From Alphaproteobacteria bacterium (GTDB lineage Bacteria > Pseudomonadota > Alphaproteobacteria > JBBDQX01), in NCBI GenBank assembly GCA_965601735.1, contig OZ271840.1:1192523-1256522 (forward strand): a DNA stretch of 64,000 nt, given 5' to 3'. Shown piece by piece: positions 37,970 through 48,156 of this stretch. Position 1 is the first letter of the stretch. Each line of letters begins with the position of its first letter. Under the pieces are notes generated by a model. That model was not told the origin of the DNA. It worked only from the letters and a program-made list of their open reading frames with translations, and searched no databases. The translations under genes and the position numbers were made by a program.

Positions 37970-38811
37970 CGGCCGCGCGATTCGCGCACGGTCAGCCAGG
38001 TCACTGCGGTAAAGATCACCGCGCCGCCGAGCAGGGTCCAGAGGTCCGGCACCTCGCCGAAGATGGCGAGACCGAACAGCACGGCCCACAGCAGCTTGAA
38101 GAACTCCACCGGCATGACGACGCCGGCGTCGGCGATCTTCAGGGCCTGGGACAGGCAGAACTGGGCGGCGAAGTGGCAGAAGCCGACCAGCGCCAGCCAC
38201 AGCAGCTGACCTACGGTCGGCGTGACCCAGACCAGCGCCGCGGGCACCGCGGTCAGCAGGGTCACCAAGACGCCCATCCAGGCGACAACGGTGACGCTGT
38301 CGTCATGCCGGGTGAGCGCCTTGGTAAACAGCACCACCCCGGCCCACACGGTCGCCGAGGTGAGCATCCACAGCGCCCCCTCGCTGATCACCTCGACGCC
38401 GGGGCGCAGCACGATCCAGGTCCCGGCAAAACCGATTGCCAGCGCCAGGATGCGGCCCCGTCGCGCCGCCTCGCCGAACACCAGGATGGCGCCGAGCACG
38501 GCCCACAGCGGCGAACTGAAGCTGATCGCCGCGACCACCGCCAGGGGCGTGATCGCCAGTGCGATATGGAGCGTGATCATCGCGCCGACATTGAACACGG
38601 CGCGGCCCACATGCAGGTGCAGATGGTTGGTGGAAAACACCGACATGCCGCGCTGGGCGACCAGCGGCAGCACGAAGATGAAGGAGAACAGGGAGCGGAA
38701 GAAGGCCGACTGGGCCGCGGGGATATCGGCGCTGACCTGGCGCACCGCGACATGCAGCACAGCGACCAGCAGCGACGACAGCAGCATCAGCGAGATGCCG
38801 CGCAGCGCCAC
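37966..38811 (-). CDS. EamA/DMT family transporter
   Basis: About 10 TM segments in two repeats; FFRSLF, FSSPLW...VFGE, LRPG, AIFGE.PD. Confidence 0.9.
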   Translation of the reverse strand: MALRGISLMLLSSLLVAVLHVAVRQVSADIPAAQSAFFRSLFSFIFVLPLVAQRGMSVFSTNHLHLHVGRAVFNVGAMITLHIALAITPLAVVAAISFSSPLWAVLGAILVFGEAARRGRILALAIGFAGTWIVLRPGVEVISEGALWMLTSATVWAGVVLFTKALTRHDDSVTVVAWMGVLVTLLTAVPAALVWVTPTVGQLLWLALVGFCHFAAQFCLSQALKIADAGVVMPVEFFKLLWAVLFGLAIFGEVPDLWTLLGGAVIFTAVTWLTVRESRGR

Positions 38812-38923
38812 GGGCGCGCCGTCATAGGCTCGGCGGATGGCAGAGAAAAGAGAGATGGAACGATCCGATCCGAACGGGAAGCCGGACCGACAGTCTAGCG
38901 GCGCGGCCGCGCCCGACCGAGAC

Positions 38924-40006
38924 CTATTGCGCGCCGCCCCGGTAGGCGGCCGGGTTTCCGCTGCCCGTCAGCGCGAAGGCGTCGCGGTAAATCTGCACCA
39001 CCAGCGCCGCGCTCCAGCTTGGCCGGTAGAACACCTTCTCGATGTTGCCGACCAGTTCGCCGTGGCGCATCACCGCGCGCAGCGCCCAGAACCCGCGCTG
39101 TGGCCGCCCCGGGAGGCCGTAGCGCATGTCGTGCATCTCAGCGATCAAGGTGCCGTTATCGCCGCGTTCCAGCGTGCCGCTCACCTGGCCCATGGCGAAC
39201 CAGTAGAACTGGTAGGCCTGCCGGGTCATGCCAAGCTGCTCGAGGGACGGATGCTCGGGTGGGGTGAACCGTTCCCACTCGATGGGCGCCGGCCGCCACA
39301 TGGTGACAAAGCCGATCCGCACCTCCGGGTAATGACGCACCACGATGCGCCGCAGGAAGGGCTGGAACAGGGTCGGGTAGGCAAAGACTTGGGCGCCGGT
39401 CACGCCTTCGGCGGCGAGCTGGGCCTCGGCGAAGGCCCGCGCCCGCTCGTTCAGCCAGGCGCCGTAGAACAGGTAAGCGGTGGTCAGCGTCAGCGCCGTG
39501 CCCCCCGCCACCATCGCGCGGAACTGCCCCGTGCGCGGCATCAGCCCGTACAGCACCGCGAGCAGGAGCGGCACCGTGTAGAACGGATCGATGATCCCCA
39601 CCGCATCGATGGCGAAGCGCTTGTTCGACAGCGGCGCCAGCAGTTGCGTGCCATAACTGGTGAAGGTGTCGAGGATGCCGTGGGTGCCGAAAGCGAGCAG
39701 CCCGAGCAGCATCCACGCCACCAGGTCACGGGTGTCGGCGACGCCCGCAAGCCGCTTGCGGATCGCCCAGATGGCGCCGCCGATGGCCGGCCCCGCGAAC
39801 AGCGAGACGACCACCGAGTGGGTCAGCCCGCGATGGCCGAGCGAGGATTCCAGCGGACCCGTGCCCATCAGCGCGGCCGGCACCAGGTCGAGGTCCGGGG
39901 ACATGGCAATCAGCCCGCCGGCGATGATTGCCGCGCGCCCGAAGCGCGCCCGAAAACCGAACTGGCCGATCGCCGCGCCGAGCAGCCCTTGGCTGAATGG
40001 ATCCAT
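38924..40006 (-). CDS. YdjM/DUF457-like membrane metal-dependent hydrolase
   Basis: MDPFSQ, PDLD, HRGLTHS, THGILDTFTSYGT, IIDP. Confidence 0.88.
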   Translation of the reverse strand: MDPFSQGLLGAAIGQFGFRARFGRAAIIAGGLIAMSPDLDLVPAALMGTGPLESSLGHRGLTHSVVVSLFAGPAIGGAIWAIRKRLAGVADTRDLVAWMLLGLLAFGTHGILDTFTSYGTQLLAPLSNKRFAIDAVGIIDPFYTVPLLLAVLYGLMPRTGQFRAMVAGGTALTLTTAYLFYGAWLNERARAFAEAQLAAEGVTGAQVFAYPTLFQPFLRRIVVRHYPEVRIGFVTMWRPAPIEWERFTPPEHPSLEQLGMTRQAYQFYWFAMGQVSGTLERGDNGTLIAEMHDMRYGLPGRPQRGFWALRAVMRHGELVGNIEKVFYRPSWSAALVVQIYRDAFALTGSGNPAAYRGGAQ

Positions 40007-40137
40007 CAATTGCCGCCTTCAATTACGCTGGGCCAGAACTTAGGCATTCATCGCCACACTGCCAACGGCGCCGGCAGCTATTTCGCGCCGCGCTTCCTGC
40101 TATGCTGGCGCGAAACAACGAAGGGAGGGCCCGCGGC

Positions 40138-40983
40138 ATGCGGCTCGTGACATTCGAGGAATCGGGAACCGCGCGCGCCGGCGCGCTGGTCGAGGGCGGC
40201 AGCCGGGTGGTCGACCTGGAGGCCGGCGACATGCTGGCGCTGCTGGAAAGCGGCGATGCCGGTCTCGCGGCAGCCAAGGCCAAGGCGGACGCCGCAGCGG
40301 CAAGCTTCGCGCTGGCCGACGTGCGGCTGCTGGCACCGGTGCCACGCCCGCCCAAGATCACCTGCGTCGGGCTCAACTACCGCGACCATGCCATCGAAGG
40401 CGGCAATCCCATTCCTGATCATCCGGTGCTGTTCTCCAAGTACCCGATCAGCGTGATCGGCCCCGGCGATACGATTCGGCTGCCCAAGGCATCGACCAAG
40501 GTCGACTATGAAGGTGAGTTCACCATCGTCATCGGCAAGCGCGCCCGGCATGTGGCCAAGGAGGATGCGCTCGACGTCATCGCCGGCTACACGGTGATGA
40601 ACGATGTCAGCGCCCGCGACTGGCAGAAGCGCACCAGCCAGTGGATGGTCGGCAAGGCGTTCGACACCTTCGCGCCGATGGGCCCCGCGCTGGTCACCAA
40701 GGACGAGGTGGCCGACCCGCACGCGCTGTCGATCCGCACTTGGGTCAATGGCGAACTGCGCCAGGACTCCAATACCCGTGAGCTGATCTTCGGTGTCGGC
40801 GACCTGATCGCCGAGATTTCACAGATCTGGACCCTGGAGCCGGGCGACGTGATCCTCACCGGCACGCCGTCGGGCGTCGGCGCCTACTGGGACCCGCCGA
40901 AGCTGCTGAAGGCCGGCGACGAGGTGAAGATCGAGGTCGAGGGCGTCGGCGTTTTGGAGAACCCGGTCGCCGACGAGGCCTGA
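40138..40983 (+). CDS. Fumarylacetoacetate hydrolase family protein
   Basis: KITCVGLNYRDH, VDYEGE, NDVSARD, GKAFDTF.PMGP, GDVILTGTPSGVG; GGGAGG RBS. Confidence 0.95.
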   Translation: MRLVTFEESGTARAGALVEGGSRVVDLEAGDMLALLESGDAGLAAAKAKADAAAASFALADVRLLAPVPRPPKITCVGLNYRDHAIEGGNPIPDHPVLFSKYPISVIGPGDTIRLPKASTKVDYEGEFTIVIGKRARHVAKEDALDVIAGYTVMNDVSARDWQKRTSQWMVGKAFDTFAPMGPALVTKDEVADPHALSIRTWVNGELRQDSNTRELIFGVGDLIAEISQIWTLEPGDVILTGTPSGVGAYWDPPKLLKAGDEVKIEVEGVGVLENPVADEA

Positions 40984-41011
40984 ACGGTATTTTCGACAAG
41001 GAAACCGCACG

Positions 41012-42751
41012 ATGGATGCACTGACGGTCAACGAAGTCTCCCAGCGCCAGGCGATCATGGGCAAGAAGCACATGGTTTCCGCCGGCCATTATCACGCGGC
41101 CCATGCGGGCTTCGACATCCTGCAGGCCGGCGGCAATGCGGTTGATGCGGGGGTCGCCGCGGGGCTGGCCATCGGGGTGACCCTGGTCGACTTCGTCAAC
41201 ATCGCCGGCGTCGCGCCGATCATGATCTACCTTGCCGAGACCGATGAGGTGGTGACGCTGGCCGGTGTCGGCACCTGGCCGCGCGCCGCGAGCTGTGACT
41301 ATTTCAACCGCGAGCACGGCGGCAAGATCCCGCCTGGGCCGTCGCGTGTGGTCGTACCGGCGGCGCCGCATTCCTTTCTCACCGCGCTTGAGAAATACGG
41401 CACCATGAGCTTCGGCGAGGTCGCCGCCGCCGCAATTCGGCTGGCTGGCGAGGGCTTCCCCGCCCATGCCCAGCTCTGCCACAGCTTCGAGAAGAACGAG
41501 GCGGCGCACCGCACTTGGCCGCAAAACGCCGAGGTGTTCCTGCCTGGCGGCAGGCCGCCCAAGCCCGGCGACCTGTTCGTCCAGGCGGACCTGGCGAAGA
41601 GCCTGCAGTACATGGCTGACCAGGAAGCGGCCGCCGGCGGCGACCGCGCCGCCGGAGTGCGGGCCGCGCGGGATGCCTTCTATAAGGGTGATATCGCGGA
41701 CGCCATCGCCGATTTCCACGCCGCCAATGGCGGGCTGATGACCCGCGAGGACCTGGCGGGCTACGAAGTGGAGATCGCGCCGCCGGTGGGCGGCCGCTTC
41801 GGCGACCTCGACGTCTATGCCTGCGGCCCGTGGTGCCAGGGGCCGGTGATCCCGATGGCGCTCAACCTGCTCAAGACCTTCGACCTGAAGGGCATGGGCC
41901 ACAACTCGCCGGAGTACGTCCACACCCTGACCGAGGCGTTCAAGCTGGTGTTCGCCGACCGGGAGCGCTACATCGGCGACCCCGCCTTCGTCGATGTGCC
42001 TATCGACGGCATGCTGTCGGACGCCTATGCGGACGCGCGGCGCACACTGATCCGCCCGGACGTCGCCTGGCCGGAAATGCCGCCGGCCGGCGACCCGCGT
42101 AACCTCAAGGCAACCCTGGATGAACGCCCGGCCGACCTGGTCGGCGCATCCGGCGAGCCCGACCTGCGCGACACCTCCTACTGCTGCGCCATGGATAGCT
42201 TCGGCAACGTGTTCTCCTGCACACCGAGCGACGGGCCGCACGCGGTGCCGATGGTGCCGGGCACCGGGTTCGTGCCGTCGGGCCGGGGTAGCCAGTCCTG
42301 GACCGACCCGGCGCATGCCTCCAGCGTCGCGCCGGGCAAGCGGCCGCGGCTGACGCCGAACCCGGCGATCGCCTTCAAGGACGGCAAGCCGGTGATGCCG
42401 TTCGGCACCCCGGGCGGCGACGTGCAGATCCAGGCGATGATCCAGGTGTTCCTGAATGTCTTCGTCTTTGGCATGGAGCCGCAGCGCGCCGTGGAGGCGC
42501 CGCGCTTCGCCACCCAGAGCTTCCCCAACAGCTTCTCGCCGCACCATTACTTCCCGGGCCTGCTGAACCTGGAGGCGCGCATCCCCAAGGCGGTTGGCGA
42601 CCGGCTGGCCGAACTGGGCAACGAGGTGAAGTGGTGGGACGAGCATAGCTATAGCGCCGGCGCGGTGCTTGGCATCGTGCGCAACCCGGACACTGGGGTG
42701 ATGGCGGGCGCCGCCGATCCGCGCCGCCCGACCTACGCGCTGGGCTGGTAG
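41012..42751 (+). CDS. GGT-family Ntn amidohydrolase (non-canonical)
   Basis: GGNAVDAGVA, FADRERY.GDP, nucleophile DTSY, PGKRPRLTPNP, GTPGGDVQ, ADPRR. Confidence 0.88.
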   Translation: MDALTVNEVSQRQAIMGKKHMVSAGHYHAAHAGFDILQAGGNAVDAGVAAGLAIGVTLVDFVNIAGVAPIMIYLAETDEVVTLAGVGTWPRAASCDYFNREHGGKIPPGPSRVVVPAAPHSFLTALEKYGTMSFGEVAAAAIRLAGEGFPAHAQLCHSFEKNEAAHRTWPQNAEVFLPGGRPPKPGDLFVQADLAKSLQYMADQEAAAGGDRAAGVRAARDAFYKGDIADAIADFHAANGGLMTREDLAGYEVEIAPPVGGRFGDLDVYACGPWCQGPVIPMALNLLKTFDLKGMGHNSPEYVHTLTEAFKLVFADRERYIGDPAFVDVPIDGMLSDAYADARRTLIRPDVAWPEMPPAGDPRNLKATLDERPADLVGASGEPDLRDTSYCCAMDSFGNVFSCTPSDGPHAVPMVPGTGFVPSGRGSQSWTDPAHASSVAPGKRPRLTPNPAIAFKDGKPVMPFGTPGGDVQIQAMIQVFLNVFVFGMEPQRAVEAPRFATQSFPNSFSPHHYFPGLLNLEARIPKAVGDRLAELGNEVKWWDEHSYSAGAVLGIVRNPDTGVMAGAADPRRPTYALGW

Positions 42752-42758
42752 CCGCCGC

Positions 42759-44366
42759 CTAGCCGCGCAGCCGGCGGCTCTGGTCGAGATAGCCGCCGGG
42801 GTCGACCACCGCATCGATCAGGGCCGGCCCGTTGTGCGCGGCTACCTCCGTGAGCGCCGCGTCCAGCTCGGCGGGGGTCGCCACCTGGCGGCCGAGCAGG
42901 CCGAGGCCGCTGGCGCTGGCGGCGAAGTCCGGCCGGTCCCAGCGGCAGCCCGCGGTGGGCAGCTGGCGCGCCTGCTGCTTGATGTCGATCAGCGACAGCG
43001 ACCCGTCATTGAACACCACGACGGTGAGGTTGCAGCCGAGCCGCGCCGCGGTCTCCAGTTCGCCCAGGCACATCATCAGCCCGCCGTCGCCGGTATAGGC
43101 GTAGACCGGCCGGTCCGGCTCCTCCAGCGACGCGGCGATGGCGGCGGGCAGGGCGAAGGCCATGCTGGCCAGCCCGTTGGAGATCAGCACGTCGCCGCGC
43201 GCCCGCGCCGGCCAAAGCGCCATGGCCGCGAACATGTGGGCCCCGGCATCCACGGTGAGGCGCGATCCGTCGGGCGCTGACGATACCGCTGCGTCGACAA
43301 CGACGCTTGGTGACAGGCCGCCGTCCGACGGGTCGATATGCATACCGCCGCGCATGCCTTCGCGCAGGGCGGCGATCTCGTCCGCCGTCCAGTCGCCGGA
43401 AGACGCTGCCGGCATCACCGCGGCCACGGTCTCGGCGATGGTGCCATAGAGGCCGCTGGTCACCGGGATCTGGTTCGGCGCATGGGCGAACAGGCCGAGT
43501 TCCAGCACTGGCATGCTGTGGCCCCAGGGCTTGGCGATCAGTTCGACCGGGTCCAACCCCGCCAGCACCAGTAGGTCGCAGGCCTCCAGCGCCTTGCCTT
43601 CCAGCGCGCCGCCGGTGATCAGCCCGATGCTGTTGGGGTTTTCGTCGGAGACCACGCCCTTGCCCTTGTAGGTGGCGAGCACCGGACATCCGAGCGCGGC
43701 GGCCAGCGCGTTGACCGCGTCGACGCCTGCGGCGTCATCGACTTCCAGACCGACCGCCAGCACCGGCTTGCGCGCCGCAGACAGCATTGCGCGGGCGGCG
43801 TCCGGATCGCCGGTCAGCGGCAGCGCCGGGTTTGCCGGCGCGCCGGCGGGCAGGCTCGCCGGTTCCTGGGCGCCGCGGGCGTTAAGGTCGATGTGCACGG
43901 GTCCGCGCGGTGCGGCGAGCGCGGCGGTCACCAGGTCCGCGAACTCGGCGGTCGGGTCGTCGGTCTCCATGCGCCCATAGCCGTTGGTCACCGGCGCAGT
44001 CATTGCGTCCTGGTCGAAATACTGGTGCCGGTTGAACGCCTTGGTCTGCGCAGCGAAGCCGTCGCTGAGATAAATTACCGGGGCGCGGTCGAGGCTTGCC
44101 TGGGCCAGCGCGTTGGTTGCCGAGGACACGCCGGGGCCCTTCGTGGTCAGGAAGACGCCGGGCACGCCGGTCAGCTCCGCCGTGGTCGCGGCCATGATGC
44201 CGGCGGCCGCCTCGGTGCGGGTCAGCACGAAGTCGATGCCGCGTTTGGCGCCATGTTCAATCAAATCAAGGCTGCTGCCGCCGCCCGGCACGCCGAACAT
44301 GCGCTTCACCCCGATCTCGCTCAGCGTCGCCGCGATCATCTCGGCGACCGTGGTCTTCCCGGTCAT
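42759..44366 (-). CDS. Thiamine diphosphate-dependent enzyme (acetolactate synthase/decarboxylase family)
   Basis: FGVPGG, TRTE, GPG, GPVH, ThDP motif GDGG...VVFND. Confidence 0.9.
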   Translation of the reverse strand: MTGKTTVAEMIAATLSEIGVKRMFGVPGGGSSLDLIEHGAKRGIDFVLTRTEAAAGIMAATTAELTGVPGVFLTTKGPGVSSATNALAQASLDRAPVIYLSDGFAAQTKAFNRHQYFDQDAMTAPVTNGYGRMETDDPTAEFADLVTAALAAPRGPVHIDLNARGAQEPASLPAGAPANPALPLTGDPDAARAMLSAARKPVLAVGLEVDDAAGVDAVNALAAALGCPVLATYKGKGVVSDENPNSIGLITGGALEGKALEACDLLVLAGLDPVELIAKPWGHSMPVLELGLFAHAPNQIPVTSGLYGTIAETVAAVMPAASSGDWTADEIAALREGMRGGMHIDPSDGGLSPSVVVDAAVSSAPDGSRLTVDAGAHMFAAMALWPARARGDVLISNGLASMAFALPAAIAASLEEPDRPVYAYTGDGGLMMCLGELETAARLGCNLTVVVFNDGSLSLIDIKQQARQLPTAGCRWDRPDFAASASGLGLLGRQVATPAELDAALTEVAAHNGPALIDAVVDPGGYLDQSRRLRG

Positions 44367-44477
44367 CTGGAATCTCCCTCCGCAGGCCCGCCAGAATACC
44401 GCTATTCGGGCAATGGAGAACCGGCGCGCGCTATAAAGAAGGTGCTGTCGTCCGGTTTTTCAGCGAGAGGTGCCGCC

Positions 44478-45371
44478 ATGTCCGCCCCGCCCTGCGCCCC
44501 GCCCGACCCCAACCCGTACGCGCCGGAGCTGCCAACGCCGCCGGGTGCCTGTGATTGCCACAACCATGTCTTTGGCCCCGCTGAGCGTTTCCCCTACGGC
44601 CCGGAGCGCAGCTACACGCCGCCCGACGCGCCGCTGGAGATGTACAACGCCATGCACGCGGCCATCGGTATCAGCCGCGCGGTCGCTGTGCAGGGCAGTG
44701 CGCATGGCACCGACAATGGCGCGATGCTCAATGCGCTAGAGCGCCAGCCCGACCGGATGCGTGGTGTCGCCGTCGTCGCCCCCGACATTTCCGATGCCGA
44801 GTTGCGGCGCATGGCCGGTCTCGGCGTCACGGGGCTGCGCTACAACCACATGTTCGTCGACGGCCAGCTCCACATGAAGGGCGGCGTCACCATCGACAAC
44901 TTTTTCGACATGCAGGACCGCATGGTCGATCTCGGCCTGCACCTGCAGCTTTGGATCGACGCGCGCGACCTGCCCGACCTTTGGCCGCGGCTGGAGACGG
45001 CGAAGGTGCCGATCATGGTTGACCATATGGGCCGGGTGCAGACCCGCCACGGCATCGACCATCCCGGGTTCCAGCTGCTGGTGCGGCTGGTCGGCGAGGG
45101 GCGGTTGTGGGTCAAGCTGTCCGGCTGCTACCGGATCTCGGACGCCCATCCGGACTACGCCGATGCGCGGCCGTTCCATGAGGCGCTGGTCGCGGCGAAC
45201 CCCGACCGCTGCGTCTGGGGGACCGACTGGCCGCATCCGCGCCAGGAGGCGACGATGCCCAATGTCGGCCTGTTGTTAGACCTGTTCAACGCATGGACGC
45301 CGGACGCCGCGGTGCGAAAGAAGATCCTGGTCGACAACCCCGCCACTTTTTATGGGTTCCCCCCGGTCTAA
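44478..45371 (+). CDS. Amidohydrolase 2 family lactonase (LigI/PDC lactonase-like)
   Basis: DCHNHVFGP, VQGSAHGTDN, DHMG, WVKLSG.YR, WGTDWPHP, ILVDNP. Confidence 0.88.
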   Translation: MSAPPCAPPDPNPYAPELPTPPGACDCHNHVFGPAERFPYGPERSYTPPDAPLEMYNAMHAAIGISRAVAVQGSAHGTDNGAMLNALERQPDRMRGVAVVAPDISDAELRRMAGLGVTGLRYNHMFVDGQLHMKGGVTIDNFFDMQDRMVDLGLHLQLWIDARDLPDLWPRLETAKVPIMVDHMGRVQTRHGIDHPGFQLLVRLVGEGRLWVKLSGCYRISDAHPDYADARPFHEALVAANPDRCVWGTDWPHPRQEATMPNVGLLLDLFNAWTPDAAVRKKILVDNPATFYGFPPV

Positions 45372-45391
45372 ACGCGCCGCGCCGCTGGAAA

Positions 45392-45407
45392 ACCGGAACA
45401 TTCCGGT
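45392..45407. promoter_or_regulatory. 16-bp inverted repeat, candidate operator
   Basis: ACCGGAA-CA-TTCCGGT in the intergenic gap, 37 nt upstream of the nitroreductase start. Confidence 0.35.
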
Positions 45408-45444
45408 CTAGGTTGCCGCCTTTCGAAGACAACGGGCGAGTCCT

Positions 45445-46020
45445 ATGGACGCACGCGACCTGATGGCGCAGCGCGCTTCTGTGCCGCCGAAGCTGCTTGG
45501 CGAGCCAGCGCCGGACGGCGAAACCCTGGATGCAATCCTCGCCGCCGCGACGCGCGCGCCGGACCATGGCCGTATGCGCCCGTGGCGATTCATCGTCATC
45601 CGCGGCGATGCGCGCGCCCGCCTGGGAGAGGTGTTCGCCGAGGCGCTGGCGCGCCGCGATCCCGAGGCGACCGAGGCGCTGCTCCAGGTCGAGCGCGACC
45701 GGCCGCTGCGCGCGCCGCTGCTGATCGCCTGCGCCGCCAAGGTAAAGACCCACCCGAAGATTCCCGAGATCGAGCAGGTTCTGTCCTGCGGCGCCGCCGC
45801 CCACAGCATCCTGCTGGCCGCCCAGGCCCATGGCTTCGGGGGCATGTGGCTTACTGGCGCAAACGCCTACGACCCCCATGTGATGGATGCGCTTGGCCTC
45901 ACCGATAGCCAGCGCCTGCTCGGTTTCATTTATCTCGGCACCGCGACCGGCGCGGTGCCGCCGCTGAAGCGGCCTGACCCGGAAAAATTCATCGAGGAAT
46001 GGACCGGCGCGGCCGGTTGA
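45445..46020 (+). CDS. Nitroreductase family protein (YdjA-like)
   Basis: QRASV, RAPDHG.MRPWRF, RAPLLI, GFGGMWLTG, LGFIYLGT. Confidence 0.9.
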   Translation: MDARDLMAQRASVPPKLLGEPAPDGETLDAILAAATRAPDHGRMRPWRFIVIRGDARARLGEVFAEALARRDPEATEALLQVERDRPLRAPLLIACAAKVKTHPKIPEIEQVLSCGAAAHSILLAAQAHGFGGMWLTGANAYDPHVMDALGLTDSQRLLGFIYLGTATGAVPPLKRPDPEKFIEEWTGAAG

Positions 46021-46049
46021 GATCAATCCGTACGGAATAAGAGGACAAC

Positions 46050-47054
46050 ATGGACAAGCTGATGGCCCTGCGGGGCGCCCGCCGCATCGTCGGCATCTCC
46101 GCTGACGTGAAGGCCGGCGAGCAAGTGGTGATCGTCACCGATTTCGATACCTCCGACGTTGCCGAGGTGATCGCCGCTGCCGCCCTGGAGCGTACCGACA
46201 ATGTGAACATCGTGGTGATGCCGCCGCGCTCGATCGACGGTGAGGAGCCGCCGGCCCCGATCGCCGCGGCGATGAAGGAGGCCGACGTGGTGTTCACCCC
46301 GGTGCGCCAGTCGATCACCCACACCTACGCCAACCGGGACGCCATCGGCGCCGGCGCGCGCGGCGTGATGCTGACCCAGTACAACATGAACATGCTGAAG
46401 AAGGGCGGCGTCTATTGCGACTTCGAGGCCCTGCTGCCGCTGTGCGAGCGGGTCTCCGCCTTCCTCGACGAGGCGAACGACGTGCGCCTGACCACGCCGG
46501 CGGGCACCGACCTGACCCTCAGCCTCGCGGGCCGCGGCGGCAACCTGCATCCGGGCCTGGCGCGCGAATCGGGCCAGATGACCACCGTGCCGAACGCCGA
46601 GTGCAGCTCCTCGCCGGTCGAGGGCACGGCCAACGGTGTGATCATCTGCGACGCCTCGGTGCCTTACTACGACATCGGCGTGGTTACCGAGCCGATCCGC
46701 TTCGACGTGAAGGACGGCGCCGTCACCAAGATCAGCGGCGGCTCCCAGGCTCAGGCGCTGGACGATCTGCTGGCCAGCCAGGGCGACCCGGCGGTCTACA
46801 ACATTGCCCAGATCTCGTTCGGCCTGAATCCGCACTGTCCGATGGAAGGCGTGATGCTGCATGACGAGGGCGTCTACGGCACGTCCCATATCGGCATCGG
46901 TACCAGCGTGCTACTGGGCGGCGAGGTGAAGACGCTGACCCACTTCGACGCGTTGATGTGGAAGCCGACCTGGGAGATCGACGGCAAGGTGGTGCTCAAG
47001 GACGGCGACTGGCTGGTGCCGGAAGCCGACGTGGTGCGCGAAGGCAAGGTCTAG
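46050..47054 (+). CDS. M29 aminopeptidase/NicX-like metalloprotein, copy 1
   Basis: GTDL, PNAE..SPVEG, GLNP, HDEGVYGTSHIGIG, THFD. Confidence 0.8.
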   Translation: MDKLMALRGARRIVGISADVKAGEQVVIVTDFDTSDVAEVIAAAALERTDNVNIVVMPPRSIDGEEPPAPIAAAMKEADVVFTPVRQSITHTYANRDAIGAGARGVMLTQYNMNMLKKGGVYCDFEALLPLCERVSAFLDEANDVRLTTPAGTDLTLSLAGRGGNLHPGLARESGQMTTVPNAECSSSPVEGTANGVIICDASVPYYDIGVVTEPIRFDVKDGAVTKISGGSQAQALDDLLASQGDPAVYNIAQISFGLNPHCPMEGVMLHDEGVYGTSHIGIGTSVLLGGEVKTLTHFDALMWKPTWEIDGKVVLKDGDWLVPEADVVREGKV

Positions 47055-47068
47055 GGGAGGACCGGACG

Positions 47069-48058
47069 ATGACCGATTCGAGCATGCGCGAGGTGCAGAT
47101 GATGCCCATCGCGCACAAGCTGGTGCATATGTGCGGACGGGTGAAGGCCGGCGAGACGGTCGTCATCGTCACCGATTACGGGATGGACCCGTCCATCGCC
47201 AAGGTCATCGCCCAGGCGGCGATGGCCGCCGGCGCCAAGCCGAACATCATCACCATGCCGCTGAACGCCCATGACTCCTGGGAGCCGTCGAAGTCGGTGG
47301 CCGAGGCGATGAAGCACGCCGACGTGCTGTTCACGCCGGTCAGCATCTCGATCACCCACACCCAGGCGATGAAGGAGGCCAACAGCCTCGGCGCCCGCGG
47401 CGTGATCATGACCGACTTCAACACCGAGATGATGCTCCGCGGCGGCATGGAAGCGAACTTCGAGGAGATCGCTCCGGAGTGCGACGCCATCGCCGAGATC
47501 CTCGACAAGGGCAAGCTGATGGAGGTGACCACCGCGCTAGGCACCGACCTGAAGATGAACATCGAGGGCCGCGAGGGCATTTCCAAGACCTGCATCGCTG
47601 GCGACAACGACTTCACCCCCGCCTGCGACATCGAGGCCACCGTTTCCCCGAAGGAGGGCGAGACCGAGGGCGTGTTCGTCTGCGACTGCTCGATCCCCTA
47701 TCTCGGCATCGGCGCGCCCGACGCCCACGTCACCGGCAAGGTGGAGAAGGGCATGGTGGTTTCGCTGGAAGGCGGCGAGGCGGCGCGCAAGGTCTGGGAT
47801 TCCTGGCAGTCGCTGAACGACCCGATGGTGTTCAACTTCGCCGAGCTCGGCATCGGCCTGAACCCGCACTGCACCGCCACCGGGCGGATGATGGAGGACG
47901 AGGGCATCCGCGGTACCTGCCATTGCGGTATCGGCACCTCGATCACGCTGGGCGGTCAGGTCAAGGCGAGCTGCCACTACGACTTCGTCATGTACAAGCC
48001 CACCATCAAGATCGACGGCTCGCCCATCATCGTCGATGGCGAGGTGGTCTGCCTCTAA
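47069..48058 (+). CDS. M29 aminopeptidase/NicX-like metalloprotein, copy 2
   Basis: GTDL, IEATVSP, AELGIGLNP, EDEGIRGTCHCGIG, CHYD; GGGAGG RBS. Confidence 0.8.
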   Translation: MTDSSMREVQMMPIAHKLVHMCGRVKAGETVVIVTDYGMDPSIAKVIAQAAMAAGAKPNIITMPLNAHDSWEPSKSVAEAMKHADVLFTPVSISITHTQAMKEANSLGARGVIMTDFNTEMMLRGGMEANFEEIAPECDAIAEILDKGKLMEVTTALGTDLKMNIEGREGISKTCIAGDNDFTPACDIEATVSPKEGETEGVFVCDCSIPYLGIGAPDAHVTGKVEKGMVVSLEGGEAARKVWDSWQSLNDPMVFNFAELGIGLNPHCTATGRMMEDEGIRGTCHCGIGTSITLGGQVKASCHYDFVMYKPTIKIDGSPIIVDGEVVCL

Positions 48059-48156
48059 CCGGCGGTCCCGCCGGCTGAACGACCCGCACCCTGAACCGGG
48101 ACGGCGGCGGCCCCCTGGGGCCGTCAGCCAGTCCCGTTGCGTGAAAGGACCAAGAC

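Noticed and set aside
29354-38200. Long ORFs 29354-31675 (-), 31894-34140 (+) and 35519-38200 (-)
   Set aside because: Each lies antisense to well-supported genes and has Arg/Gly/Ala-rich shadow composition.
48059-48126. GC hairpins after the second M29-like gene as a terminator
   Set aside because: Short stems with no U-tract, inside a co-oriented gene run.
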